From the NCBI GenBank assembly GCA_035433705.1, contig DAORVK010000009.1, positions 8,860 through 72,859 of the forward strand: DNA of 64,000 bases, given 5' to 3'. The stretch is from Steroidobacteraceae bacterium. Its GTDB lineage: Bacteria > Pseudomonadota > Gammaproteobacteria > Steroidobacterales > Steroidobacteraceae. The notes beneath the pieces were generated by a model. The model worked only from the letters and a program-made list of their open reading frames with translations, was not told where the DNA came from and did no database searches. The position numbers and the translations under genes are program-made. Positions 18,244 to 28,065 of the stretch are shown one piece after another; position 1 is the stretch's first letter; every line of letters starts with the position of its first letter.

Positions 18244-19455
18244 ATGGCAACAGCACGGAATCTGGAGCACGGGGTGCAATATGTCGGGCAAACGAAAGCC
18301 GAGCGCCTGTCGCCGTTGCTTGCCGCGCGGCATATGCCTCTCGAGCGCTTCTGCGAACTGCTGGAACTCGTCTACCAGGGACCGCTCGAGACGATCCCCT
18401 GCAGCAGCGCCATGTTGCAGCTGCGCGGCTGGCTGCAAGCCAATGAAGCCGTGCTCATCCTGCGCCCGCCCGGGACCAACGCGATGGCGCTCATCATGCG
18501 CGACGGCGATCAGGATGCGCAGCTTTACAACTACATCTACACGCCATTTCCGATCCTTTCCCTCGATCCGTTCATCGGGCTGCCGCCGGATCGGGCAGTG
18601 ACGCTCGACGAGATCGTCGATCCGGAGCAATACGTCAAGGGAGAATTCTTCCGCCAGTACGTCGCACCCAGGCATGTGCGCTACGTCCTCGGGGCCGACA
18701 TCCACGGGGAGGAGGGCCGGGAATTTCGGCTGCGCTTCACGCGCCCGCCGGAGGCGCAGGATTTTTCCGCGAGCGACAAGGCTCTCGTCGATGCGCTCAT
18801 CCCGCACTTCAAGGGCGCTCTCAATCTCCACACCCGCCTCGGGCAGATGGAGACGGAAATGAAGCTCTATGCGAACGTCATGAGCAGCATGCTGGTGGGC
18901 TCGGTGATACTCGATGGAGCCGGGGCACTGCTGCGCACCAACAGCGTCGCGCAGGCCATCCTGGCGGAACGCGATGGGCTCACTCTTGGCGTGGGGGGGC
19001 TCTCGGCCGAGTACCGGGGAGAGCACCGGGAGTTGCAGCGCCTGATCCGCCACACTCTCGAGATGCCGCCCGGGCAGCTGGCGGTCGCCGAGGCGATCTC
19101 GATCACACGCCCCTCGGGGCGCGCGAGCCTGAGCCTCCTGATCCGCCCGATCCCGCTCTCGGAGTGCTCGGATGGCCCCAATCGGCCGACCGTGGCGGTC
19201 TTCATCCGGGATCCGGAGAGAAACCTCTCGCCCTCTCTCGAACTCGTGCAGCGACTCTTTCACTTCACCCCTGCCGAGGCGAAGCTCGCGCTGCTACTCG
19301 CCGATGGGCTCTCGCTCGATGAGGCAGCGGGTGAAATGGTGATCCGCAAGAACACCGCACGGGCGCATCTGCGCGCGATTTTTTCGAAGACTGGTGTCAA
19401 GCGGCAGATCACCCTCGTGCGGCTGCTCCTGAATAGCGTCGCCTCGATCAGCTGA
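18244..19455 (+). CDS. LuxR-family transcriptional regulator (C-terminal HTH, N-terminal sensor domain of unknown type)
   Basis: C-terminal FTPAEAKLALLLADGLSLDEAAGEMVIRKNTARAHLRAIFSKTGVKRQ is a GerE/LuxR HTH. The start at ATG 18244 is tentative. Confidence 0.8.
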   Translation: MATARNLEHGVQYVGQTKAERLSPLLAARHMPLERFCELLELVYQGPLETIPCSSAMLQLRGWLQANEAVLILRPPGTNAMALIMRDGDQDAQLYNYIYTPFPILSLDPFIGLPPDRAVTLDEIVDPEQYVKGEFFRQYVAPRHVRYVLGADIHGEEGREFRLRFTRPPEAQDFSASDKALVDALIPHFKGALNLHTRLGQMETEMKLYANVMSSMLVGSVILDGAGALLRTNSVAQAILAERDGLTLGVGGLSAEYRGEHRELQRLIRHTLEMPPGQLAVAEAISITRPSGRASLSLLIRPIPLSECSDGPNRPTVAVFIRDPERNLSPSLELVQRLFHFTPAEAKLALLLADGLSLDEAAGEMVIRKNTARAHLRAIFSKTGVKRQITLVRLLLNSVASIS

Positions 19456-19613
19456 AGCTCACTTCGGCTACGCGCCGGTTCCATGATGCAGATCGGGTAC
19501 GCATTGTTGCCCTGGAACGACAGTGTGTCGCATTTTTGACGATTGTCATGAGCCACGCCTGATTTTTAGACTCCATCTGATTCGCCCATCTGTATTCGCC
19601 GGAGGTAAACGAG

Positions 19614-20930
19614 ATGGAAATGAGCGACATGGTGATCGTCAGCGTCGATGACCACATCATCGAACCGCCAACGATGTGGGATCGGCACCTGCCTGCGAAG
19701 TACCGCAGCATCAAGCCGCAGTGGAAGGAGCGCGCCGACGGCTCGCAGTACTGGGTGATGGAAGGGCGCATCCTGCAGAACTTCGGGCTGTGTGCCGCCG
19801 CAGGAAGGGTGCGGGAGGAACTCGGCTCGGAGTCCGAAAGGCTCGACCAGATGCGCGCCGGCTGCTGGGACATCAAGGCCCGCATCGAGGACATGAACGC
19901 CAACGGCATCGTCGCATCGGTCAACTTTCCGACCTATGTTGATCTCGACGGCTCGTTCTTCCAGTCCTTGCCCAACCAGGAGAACGCGCTGATCCTGCTG
20001 CGCGCCTACAACGACTGGCATATCGATGAGTGGTGCGGCAGCTACCCGGGGCGCAATATCCCGATGGCGATCATTCCGTTCTGGAATATCGGGGCCGCCG
20101 TGGAGGAGATCAAACGCGTCGCGGCCAAGGGTTGTCGCGCGATCAGCATGTGCGATAACCCTTCGCTGAAGGGTTGCCCCAGCATTCACAACGCGCATTG
20201 GGAGCCGCTGTGGCGTGTCTGTGCCGAGTACGAAATCGTCATCAACCTGCACATCGCTTCCGGCGCGCGGGCGCCGCACGCCTCGATGGAATCGCCGATC
20301 GACTGCTGGATCATCAGCATGCCGATGGCAATCGCAAATTCCGCCGCTGACTGGCTGTTCCTGAGCGCGCTCGACCGCTACCCGAACCTCAAGATCAGTC
20401 TCGCCGAGGCGGGTATCGGCTGGATACCGGCCCTGATCGAGCGCGCCGACTTCGTCTATGGCCATCACCGTGCCTGGACGCATGCGAATTTCGGCGCCGG
20501 GCGGTTGCCGAGCGACCGTTTCCGCGAGCACTTCCTGACCTGCTTCATCGAAGACCACTTCGGCCTGCGCAACGTCGATGCCATCGGTGAGAAGAACATC
20601 GCCTACGAATGCGACTATCCGCACTCCGATTCGGTGTGGCCGCATACGCCGGAGCGCCTGTACGAGGGCGTGAAGCATCTGCCGGATGCCACCATCGACC
20701 GCATCACGCACGCAAATGCGCTCGAGGTGTTCAAGTTCGACGCCATTGGCATGCTCGGCGGGCGCAAGCACTGCACGGTGGGCGCGCTGCGCGCGCAGGC
20801 GAAGCACGTGAGCACCACGCCGGTGTCCTTTGGTGGCGTGCATCCTCTGCCGCCCGGCGCCACGCCGCGTCCCGTGACCTCCGGGGATGTAGCAAAGGTG
20901 GTCGAGGCGCTCAACCGGTCGGCAGCCTGA
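19614..20930 (+). CDS. Amidohydrolase_2 (ACMSD-like) metal-dependent hydrolase/decarboxylase family
   Basis: VIVSVDDHIIEPP..., NFPTY..., CDYPHSDSVWP, consistent with the metal-ligand pattern of the amidohydrolase-2 fold. GGAGG RBS before the ATG. Confidence 0.8.
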   Translation: MEMSDMVIVSVDDHIIEPPTMWDRHLPAKYRSIKPQWKERADGSQYWVMEGRILQNFGLCAAAGRVREELGSESERLDQMRAGCWDIKARIEDMNANGIVASVNFPTYVDLDGSFFQSLPNQENALILLRAYNDWHIDEWCGSYPGRNIPMAIIPFWNIGAAVEEIKRVAAKGCRAISMCDNPSLKGCPSIHNAHWEPLWRVCAEYEIVINLHIASGARAPHASMESPIDCWIISMPMAIANSAADWLFLSALDRYPNLKISLAEAGIGWIPALIERADFVYGHHRAWTHANFGAGRLPSDRFREHFLTCFIEDHFGLRNVDAIGEKNIAYECDYPHSDSVWPHTPERLYEGVKHLPDATIDRITHANALEVFKFDAIGMLGGRKHCTVGALRAQAKHVSTTPVSFGGVHPLPPGATPRPVTSGDVAKVVEALNRSAA

Positions 20931-20951
20931 GACAGCGGTTTTCGCGCGCTC

Positions 20952-22166
20952 ATGAACAAGCCGCTCGCGGGAATCAGGGTTGTCGAGGTGTCGATGTGGG
21001 CCTTTGTGCCCGCCGCAGGCGCAGTGCTCGCCGACATGGGCGCAGAGGTCGTGAAGATCGAGCCGCCTGCGGGCGACCCGATGCGCTGGCTCACGTACTC
21101 AGGCATCGCGCCCGGCGCCTACGGTTTCACGTTCCTGTGGGAGATCTTCAACCGCGGCAAGCGCAGCATCACCGTGGACCTCAACGTGGAGGGCGCCACG
21201 GAACTGTTGCATCGGCTGCTTGAGGACGCCGACGTTTTCCTGGTGAGCCTGCTGCCGTCTGCCCGTCGCAAGCTCAAGATCGACATCGAGGACGTGAGGA
21301 GTCGTCACCCCAGGCTCATCTACGCGGTCGGCAGCGGCCAGGGCGCCTTCGGGCCCGAGGCGGACAAGGGCGGCTACGACTCGCTGTCGTTCTGGGCACG
21401 TGGCGGGGTGGCCTCGGCGGTCACACCGGACGGCTCGCCCTACGTGCTGCAGCAGCCAGGCGGTGCCTTCGGCGACAGCATCAGCGGCGCGATTCTGGCG
21501 GGTGGTATCGCCGCTGCACTCGCGCAGCGTGCAACGACCGGCAAGGTGTCGGTGGTGGATGCGTCACTCCTCGGCACCTCCATGTGGGTGATGCAGACTG
21601 GCATCATCGGAGCCACGCTCGCCGGCGTGAACGAATTGCCGAAACTGAGTCGCGACGTAGTGCCCAATCCCCTGGTGAACAGCTATCGCACTTCCGACGG
21701 CCGCTTCATCGCACTCTGCATGCTGCAGGGTCAGCGCTACTGGCCCGGGTTTTGCGAGGCGGTGGAGCGCCCGGAGCTGATCGATGATCCGCGTTTCGAC
21801 AGCGATGAGCACCGCTCGGCCAATCTCAAGGCCTGCGTGGCGACTCTCGATGACATCTTTGCCACCCGCACGCTCGCGGAGTGGCAGGCGATCCTCGTCC
21901 GGCAGGAAGGGCAGTGGAACATCGTGCAGCAGGCCGGCGAGTTGGCGCGAGACGCGCAGGCGGTCGCCAATCGCTTCATCCAGGAAGTGGATTATGGTGA
22001 CGGCCGCGCGCTCAAGATGGTCAGCACGCCGTTGCAGTTCGACCGCCAAGCCCTCGACGCCCGGCCGGCGCCGGAGCTGGGTGCCCACAACGACGAAGTT
22101 CTGGCGGAGCTCGGCTACACCGATGAGCAGATCATCGATCTCAGGGTGGCGGGCGTCGTCTTCTGA
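20952..22166 (+). CDS. Family III CoA-transferase (CaiB/BaiF family)
   Basis: PLAGIRVVEVSMWAFVPAAGAVLADMGAEVVKIEPP, and the catalytic-Asp region GGAFGDSISGAILAGGIAAAL. Confidence 0.9.
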   Translation: MNKPLAGIRVVEVSMWAFVPAAGAVLADMGAEVVKIEPPAGDPMRWLTYSGIAPGAYGFTFLWEIFNRGKRSITVDLNVEGATELLHRLLEDADVFLVSLLPSARRKLKIDIEDVRSRHPRLIYAVGSGQGAFGPEADKGGYDSLSFWARGGVASAVTPDGSPYVLQQPGGAFGDSISGAILAGGIAAALAQRATTGKVSVVDASLLGTSMWVMQTGIIGATLAGVNELPKLSRDVVPNPLVNSYRTSDGRFIALCMLQGQRYWPGFCEAVERPELIDDPRFDSDEHRSANLKACVATLDDIFATRTLAEWQAILVRQEGQWNIVQQAGELARDAQAVANRFIQEVDYGDGRALKMVSTPLQFDRQALDARPAPELGAHNDEVLAELGYTDEQIIDLRVAGVVF

Positions 22167-22180
22167 TCGTCCGGCGCCGG

Positions 22181-22199
22181 TTAGTCCGATCAGACGATT
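22181..22199 (+). promoter_or_regulatory. Recurring 19-nt motif TTAGTCCGATCAGACGATT (candidate operator)
   Basis: Lies in the 66-nt gap between the CoA-transferase and the first acyl-CoA dehydrogenase, 34 nt upstream of ATG 22233. Confidence 0.5.
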
Positions 22200-22232
22200 C
22201 CCCGCCCGAATCCGCTCATAAGAATCCGGGGC

Positions 22233-23438
22233 ATGCACTTCGAGCCCAGTCCCGGTGATGCGGTCTTTCGCGCTGAAGTGCGCCAATTCATCCGGGACCA
22301 TCTGCCTGGCGAGATAGCTCGTCGAAGCTACATCTGCTCGCAGCCGCCGGACATCGTGGACTATCGTCGCTGGCAGCGCATTCTCCACGACCGGGGCTGG
22401 GGGGCGCCGCACTGGCCGGTCGAGCACGGCGGCACAGGCTGGACGGCGATGCAGCAGCACCTCTTCATGGAGGAGGTCTACCGCGCCGATGCCATCGACT
22501 ATGGCTGGCAGGGCACGCACATGATCGGCCCTGTGCTGATCGCGTTTGGCTCGGAGGCGCAGAAGCGGCGCTTCCTGCCGCCCATGCTGCGGGGCGAGGA
22601 AATCTGGTGCCAGGGATTCTCCGAGCCCAATGCCGGCTCGGATCTGGCGAGCCTGCGCACGCGCGCCGAGCTCGAGGGCGATGAATGGGTGATCCACGGA
22701 CAGAAGATCTGGACCAGCGATGCCAGCGAGGCGGACTGGGGATTTTTTCTGGTCCGCACCGATCCGGCCGCAAAACCCCAACGCGGTATCTCACTGCTAC
22801 TCGTGCCCATGAACGCTGCGGGCATCCGCATCCGCCCGATCGAAGTACTGAACGGCGGGCGCGATCTCAACGAAGTGTTTCTGGACGGCGTGCGCGTACC
22901 GCGCGACCACCTGGTCGGCGAGGCGGGACAGGGCTGGACCTACGCAAAGTATCTGCTCGAGAAGGAGCGCACCGCGAGCGCCTACCTGTATCGCAACAAG
23001 CGCGAACTGGAGAAGGCGAAGGAGATAGCCCGCGGCGAGCACGCCGGCGGCGTGCGGCTCATCGATACGCCGGAATTCGCCCGCAAGATTGCCCGTGTCG
23101 AAGCGGATCTGCTCGCCCTCGAGTGGTCGGTGCTGCGCATCCTGGCCGGCGAGAAGAACCTGCACGACGCGCAGGCCATCGTATCGGCGCTCAAGATCCG
23201 TGGTTCGGAGATGCAGCAGCGCGTCGCAGAGTTGCAGATCGATGCGCTGGGTCCGCGTGCCCTGCGGGTTTTCCGCCAAGGCGACTGCAGCGCCGAGGTG
23301 ATCGATGGTACGCCGCTCTGGCCGGCCTACATACCGGGGCGTCTGGGCCAGTTCCTGTATGCGCGGGCCGCCACGCTCTACGGGGGCACGCGCGAGGTGC
23401 AAAAGAACATCATCGCCCGGCGTGCTTTCGGGCTGTGA
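22233..23438 (+). CDS. Acyl-CoA dehydrogenase (alpha-like member of pair 1)
   Basis: WCQGFSEPNAGSDLASLRTRA, IWTSDASEADW, and C-terminal YGGTREVQKNIIARR. Confidence 0.9.
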   Translation: MHFEPSPGDAVFRAEVRQFIRDHLPGEIARRSYICSQPPDIVDYRRWQRILHDRGWGAPHWPVEHGGTGWTAMQQHLFMEEVYRADAIDYGWQGTHMIGPVLIAFGSEAQKRRFLPPMLRGEEIWCQGFSEPNAGSDLASLRTRAELEGDEWVIHGQKIWTSDASEADWGFFLVRTDPAAKPQRGISLLLVPMNAAGIRIRPIEVLNGGRDLNEVFLDGVRVPRDHLVGEAGQGWTYAKYLLEKERTASAYLYRNKRELEKAKEIARGEHAGGVRLIDTPEFARKIARVEADLLALEWSVLRILAGEKNLHDAQAIVSALKIRGSEMQQRVAELQIDALGPRALRVFRQGDCSAEVIDGTPLWPAYIPGRLGQFLYARAATLYGGTREVQKNIIARRAFGL

Positions 23439-23446
23439 GCGCCGGG

Positions 23447-24592
23447 ATGGATTTCAATCTCACCGACGAGCAGCAGATGTTGCGCGACGGCGCGCGGCGT
23501 TTCTTTCGCGAGCACTACGGTTTCGAGCAGCGCCGCGCGCTGCTGGCAAGCGAGTCAGGATTTTCCGCCGAGTGTTGGGCCCGCTATGCCGAACTCGGCT
23601 GGCTCGCGCTCGGCCAGCCGGAGGAGAGCGGTGGCTGGGCCTGCTCCTTCGTCGAGACGGCAATCCTGCTGGAGGAGTTCGGTCGTGCGCTCGCGCTCGA
23701 GCCCTATCTTTCCTCCGCCGTGCTGTGCGGGCACATCCTCGGACGCTGCAGCGATGCCAGAGCGGGCGGCGCGGCGCTGCAGGAAATGATGAAAGGCCGT
23801 ACGCGCCTCGCACTTGCCCACGAGGAGCCTGGTGACCGCTACGATGCCGATTTTCCAGGGCTCGTCGCCACGCGTCGCGGCGACGGCTTCCTGTTGCAGG
23901 GCACGAAGAGCTGCGTGCTCGATGCGCCGGCGGCCGATCGCCTGATTGTCTCGGCGCAGCCCGGGGGCGAGAACGGTCTCGCGCTCTTCCTGGTCGATGC
24001 GGCCACCCCTGGTCTGCGGATGAACGCCTACCCTCTGGTGGACGGCACGAGGGCGGCGGACATCGTGCTCGATGGCGTACGGGTGCCGGCCGCGTGCCTG
24101 CTCGCAGGCGGTGCTGCGGCTCGCGATCTCCTGCATGAGGCCCTCGATCGCGCCACGCTTGCGCGAGTCGCGATGGCGCTCGGTGCCATGGAGAGCGTGC
24201 TGCAGTTGACGGCGGACTACCTGAAGACGCGCGTGCAATTCGGCCAGCCGATCGGGCGTTTCCAGGCCCTGCAGCACCGTCTCGCGGAAATGTTCGTGGA
24301 GGTGCAGGAGACACGCTCGATCCTCTGCTGCGGCCTTGCACAGATGGGTGGACCGGCGGCACAGCGCAGCGCCATGGTTTCTGCCGCCAAGGTCGTTGCG
24401 GTGAATGCCGCGAGAATCGTCGGCGGGCAGGCGATCCAGCTGCACGGCAGCATCGCGATGACGGCCGAATACGCAGCCGGTCACTACTATGAACATCTGC
24501 TCGCCTTCGAGAAAATCCACGGCGATGCGGACTGGCATCTCGATCGCTTCGCGCGCTTGCGGGGGACCCATGCAGCTGTCGTGCACGCCTGA
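23447..24592 (+). CDS. Acyl-CoA dehydrogenase family protein (beta-like member of pair 1)
   Basis: MDFNLTDEQQMLRDGARRFF..., QFGQPIGRFQALQHRLAEM, IQLHGSIAMTAEY. The ATG lies 8 nt after the upstream stop. Confidence 0.85.
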   Translation: MDFNLTDEQQMLRDGARRFFREHYGFEQRRALLASESGFSAECWARYAELGWLALGQPEESGGWACSFVETAILLEEFGRALALEPYLSSAVLCGHILGRCSDARAGGAALQEMMKGRTRLALAHEEPGDRYDADFPGLVATRRGDGFLLQGTKSCVLDAPAADRLIVSAQPGGENGLALFLVDAATPGLRMNAYPLVDGTRAADIVLDGVRVPAACLLAGGAAARDLLHEALDRATLARVAMALGAMESVLQLTADYLKTRVQFGQPIGRFQALQHRLAEMFVEVQETRSILCCGLAQMGGPAAQRSAMVSAAKVVAVNAARIVGGQAIQLHGSIAMTAEYAAGHYYEHLLAFEKIHGDADWHLDRFARLRGTHAAVVHA

Positions 24593-25745
24593 AGAAACGC
24601 AGTTCCGCGAGGAAGTCCGTGCCTGGCTGCGTGCGAACGTGCCGCGCAGCAAGCGCCCCCGCACAGGACTCGCGCTGCGCGACTACGACCTCGCATGGCA
24701 ACGCTGCCAGTACGAAGGCGGCTGGGCCGGCATCTCCTGGCCCCGGGAATACGGCGGGCGGGGGCTGTCGCTTACGCAGCAGGTGATCTGGTACGAGGAG
24801 TGCGCGGCGGCCCACGCACCCGTCGGCGGCTCGACTTTCGTCGGGCTCTCACACGCGGGACCGACCCTGATCGTGCGCGGCACCGAAGAACAGAAGCGCT
24901 TCCATCTGCCGAAGATCCTGCAGGGCGAGGCTGTCTGGTGCCAAGGCTTCTCCGAGCCAAATGCCGGCTCGGACCTTGCGAGCCTGAAGACCAGGGCCCA
25001 TGTCGAGGGCGAGCATCTGGTCGTCAACGGCTCGAAGATCTGGACCTCCTACGCCGCGCTCGCCGACTGGCAGGAACTGCTGGTGCGCACGGACCCGGGC
25101 GCGCAGCGTCACAGGGGCCTCACCTGGGTGATCTGCGACATGCATGCTCCAGGCATCACCATAAGAAGGATTCCGACCTTGTCGGGCACCGGCAACTTGT
25201 GTCAGGTGTTCTACGACGAGGTACGTCTGCCGCTCGCCAACGTGGTGGGTGAAGTGAACGGTGGCTGGGATGTGTCCATGACCACGCTCGGCTTCGAGCG
25301 CGGCACAGCCTTCATCGCGCACCAGATCCATCTCGCTGCGATGCTGGAGAAGCTCTACGTGATGGCCCACGATCTCCGCGGGCCGGACGGCCGCCTGCCT
25401 GCGATCGAGGATGGCGCGGTGGCCGATCAGCTGCTGAAATTGCGGGCGGAGGTGGCGGCGCTGCGCGCCATGACCTATCTCAGCGTCTCGCGCGGCGCGC
25501 GCCAGGTGGTGCCCGGTCCCGAGGGCAACATCATCGCGCTCTGCTACGCCGAGCTCTCGAAGCGCGTCTACGCTTTCGCCGTGGAACTGTTGGGCAACGA
25601 GGCCCTGGAAATGCACGACGAGAACCCCGACTGGCTCACCGACTATCTGGATGCATTCAAGAACACCATTGCGGGCGGCACTTCAGAGATCCGGCGCAAC
25701 GTGATCGGCGAGCGGCTCCTCGGGCTGCCGCGCGGCGGACGCTGA
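24570..25745 (+). CDS. Acyl-CoA dehydrogenase (alpha-like member of pair 2)
   Basis: WCQGFSEPNAGSDLASLKTRA, IWTSYAALADW, and C-terminal AGGTSEIRRNVIGERLLGLP. The start overlaps the preceding gene by 23 nt. Confidence 0.9.
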   Translation: MQLSCTPEETQFREEVRAWLRANVPRSKRPRTGLALRDYDLAWQRCQYEGGWAGISWPREYGGRGLSLTQQVIWYEECAAAHAPVGGSTFVGLSHAGPTLIVRGTEEQKRFHLPKILQGEAVWCQGFSEPNAGSDLASLKTRAHVEGEHLVVNGSKIWTSYAALADWQELLVRTDPGAQRHRGLTWVICDMHAPGITIRRIPTLSGTGNLCQVFYDEVRLPLANVVGEVNGGWDVSMTTLGFERGTAFIAHQIHLAAMLEKLYVMAHDLRGPDGRLPAIEDGAVADQLLKLRAEVAALRAMTYLSVSRGARQVVPGPEGNIIALCYAELSKRVYAFAVELLGNEALEMHDENPDWLTDYLDAFKNTIAGGTSEIRRNVIGERLLGLPRGGR

Positions 25746-25758
25746 GCACGGTGCAATC

Positions 25759-26778
25759 ATGATCGATCTCCTACCCTCCGAAGTAGAGCAGCAGATCATC
25801 GACGGTGTTGCCGGCTTCCTCGCAGAGGAGCTGCCCCTGGCGCGGCTGCGTCCGGGTCCCGATGGTGAGCGTTCGGCCGACATCGGCATCTCCGCGGAGC
25901 AGTGGCATGAAATCGCCGGCCTGGGTTGGTTCGGTCTAGGCATCCCCGAGGAGCGGGGTGGCGCGGGCTTCACGGTCGTCGCTGAAATGCTCGTGGTGCG
26001 CGAAGTCGGTCGCTACGCCGTTTCGCCTTCAATCTCCGCGACGATCGCGGCCGCATGCCTGGCCGCGCGCGCCGACAGCGAACTCCTCGCGGGTCTCCTG
26101 GCTGGGGAGCGGCGCGTCGCTTTCGCCAGTCGCCTGTGCGCCGGGAGCGACGAATACCATCTGGTCGATGCGCGCGGTGCCGACCACTTGCTGGTGGTGG
26201 ATGGCATGCAGGCGCAGCTCTACGGCGCTGCCGCCTTCGGCGAAGTGAGGCCCGTGATTTCGCTGGACGATGCCGTGACCCTCGAGCGTGCGCGCCTCAC
26301 TGCGGGCGCCCGGCCGCTGCTGCAGGAGGCCGACAGCGACATCGGGCATCGAGCTTCGCTGCACAACTCTGCGCAGCTGCTCGGTGTAGCGGAGGGCGCG
26401 CTGACGCTGTCGGTGGAGTACGCGAAGGTGCGCGAGCAGTTCGGACAGGCCATCGGCTCCTTTCAGACGATCAAGCATCGCTGCGCCGACATGGCGGTGA
26501 TGGCGGAGGCGGCCTATGCCCAGGCCTTCTTCGCCGGGCTATCGCAGGCGGGCGGCCAGCGCGATGCGGCCTACCAGATCGCGGCAGCCAAGGTGATTTG
26601 CGCCGAGGCCGCACTCGCCAACGCCCGCTCTGGCATCCAGATCCACGGCGGCATCGGCTTCACGGCCGAGTGCGACGCCCACGTCTTCCTGAAGCGTGCG
26701 CATTTGCTCGGCCAGATGGGAGGGGAACGACGCTGGGTCCGTGAGACCCTTCTGTCAAAGACGGGGGTGGTTGCGTGA
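25759..26778 (+). CDS. Acyl-CoA dehydrogenase family protein (beta-like member of pair 2)
   Basis: QFGQAIGSFQTIKHRCADM, IQIHGGIGFTAECDAHVFLKRA. A shorter 339-aa protein. Confidence 0.85.
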   Translation: MIDLLPSEVEQQIIDGVAGFLAEELPLARLRPGPDGERSADIGISAEQWHEIAGLGWFGLGIPEERGGAGFTVVAEMLVVREVGRYAVSPSISATIAAACLAARADSELLAGLLAGERRVAFASRLCAGSDEYHLVDARGADHLLVVDGMQAQLYGAAAFGEVRPVISLDDAVTLERARLTAGARPLLQEADSDIGHRASLHNSAQLLGVAEGALTLSVEYAKVREQFGQAIGSFQTIKHRCADMAVMAEAAYAQAFFAGLSQAGGQRDAAYQIAAAKVICAEAALANARSGIQIHGGIGFTAECDAHVFLKRAHLLGQMGGERRWVRETLLSKTGVVA

Positions 26779-26800
26779 GTGCAAGCGTCGGTGTCCCGCG

Positions 26801-27673
26801 TTACGTGGAGGTGGTCGCCGCGCTGCCCACCAATGCCAGAGGCTGAGTCATCATTGTTCGGACGAGGCCGCGAGCCTCGGAGATCATGGCGACGTCCAGG
26901 TTGGCGGCTCTGCCGCAGTCGATGGCGAGCTGGAGGTCCTTCTCGCCGATCCCTGCCTGGCTGGCAAGGAACTGATCCCGGGCCGGGTCAGTACCGGGCG
27001 GAGACTCATGTTTTCCGTCAAACAAGGTCGCGACCGTCGGTGTCAGATTGCCGTTCGCCGCCAGAACGCCACGAAGTTTTTCGTAGGGTACACCGTAGTG
27101 GGCCGCGAGCAGGGTGGCCTGCGCGCCGACGACCAGATGTGTCCAGGTAACGAGATTGTTGGCGATCTTGGCTGCCATACCGGCGCCCAACGGGCCCATG
27201 TGATCGAGATCTGTCGAAAAGGCCCCAACGACGGCCCGTGCCCGGTCCACGTCACCAGACTCGCCCCCCAACATTGTGAATACGAAGGCTTCGTCATCTG
27301 TGCGGCGGGTGCGCGAGACCGGCGCATCGACGAGAGCGATCCCCCGCGACTTGAGCGCCGCCTGCAGCCGATACAGGGTGTCGATCCCGATGGTGCTGTG
27401 AATCAGCACCAGCGCTCCCGGCGCGAGCGACTCGACGAGACCGGCCCCGCCGAGCACGACTTCGATGACCTGCTCATCGTCCCTGACACATACGCAGGCG
27501 ACTTCTGCCCCCTTCGCGGCGTCGGCCGGCGAGCTGGCTACTCTCGCAATTGCACGTAACGCATCGCACGCGGCCGGGACAGCGTCACAGACGGCGAGCT
27601 CGTGCCCGTTGCGGGCAATCAGGCGGGCCTGCGGAGCACCCATGCTCCCCAATCCGACGAACGCAACTCTCAT
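26801..27673 (-). CDS. NAD(P)-dependent beta-hydroxyacid dehydrogenase (3-hydroxyisobutyrate dehydrogenase family)
   Basis: MRVAFVGLGSMGAPQARLIARNGHEL (Rossmann) and GPLGAGMAAKIANNL. GGGAG lies before ATG 27673; the longer ORF to 27934 overlaps the CMD gene. Confidence 0.85.
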   Translation of the reverse strand: MRVAFVGLGSMGAPQARLIARNGHELAVCDAVPAACDALRAIARVASSPADAAKGAEVACVCVRDDEQVIEVVLGGAGLVESLAPGALVLIHSTIGIDTLYRLQAALKSRGIALVDAPVSRTRRTDDEAFVFTMLGGESGDVDRARAVVGAFSTDLDHMGPLGAGMAAKIANNLVTWTHLVVGAQATLLAAHYGVPYEKLRGVLAANGNLTPTVATLFDGKHESPPGTDPARDQFLASQAGIGEKDLQLAIDCGRAANLDVAMISEARGLVRTMMTQPLALVGSAATTST

Positions 27674-27687
27674 CGTGTGCTCCCGCA

Positions 27688-28065
27688 TCAAGGCTCGGCG
27701 CCACCCGCTGCGGCGATCGCTTCCTCGGTCACGCGCAGCAGACTGCTCACCCTTGGATAGCCCGCATACTGCGCGAGATGAATCAGTGTCTCGCGCGCCT
27801 GCTCGGCCGTGAGCTCGCCATTGGCGAGCGCGGCGCGCACCTGGATGCCCCAGGTGGTCTGCTCGCCGAGTGCGGCGATAACGCCCATCGTGAGCAGGCG
27901 CCGGTCGCGGACCGACAGCGCCTCGCGCGTCCACACCTCTGCGAAGAGTTGCTCGAGCATCAGATCGCCGAAGGCGCTCTGGCCTGCGACGGGCGCGGGT
28001 ACGACGTCCGCGTACACTTTCCGCATCATTGCCGCACCCCTGGTTCGTCGATCAGAGCCGCTCAT
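27688..28065 (-). CDS. Carboxymuconolactone decarboxylase-family (AhpD-like) protein
   Basis: FAEVWTREALSVRDRRLLTMGVIAALG...ELTAEQARETLIHLAQYAGYP. The start overlaps the AraC stop (ATGA). Confidence 0.8.
   Translation of the reverse strand: MSGSDRRTRGAAMMRKVYADVVPAPVAGQSAFGDLMLEQLFAEVWTREALSVRDRRLLTMGVIAALGEQTTWGIQVRAALANGELTAEQARETLIHLAQYAGYPRVSSLLRVTEEAIAAAGGAEP

Noticed and set aside
17992-19263. 423-aa minus-strand ORF antisense to the LuxR-type regulator. The same reasoning applies to 19566-20843, 21564-22781 and 23460-24815.
   Set aside because: Shadow ORFs. The plus-strand partners carry clear HTH, amidohydrolase, CoA-transferase or dehydrogenase motifs, and the antisense translations are compositionally biased.
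22685-23446. Long N-terminal extension of the second acyl-CoA dehydrogenase ORF (the track ORF starts at 22685)
   Set aside because: The extension overlaps the first dehydrogenase in another frame and is Arg/Pro-rich. Dehydrogenase homology begins at MDFNLTDEQQ (ATG 23447).
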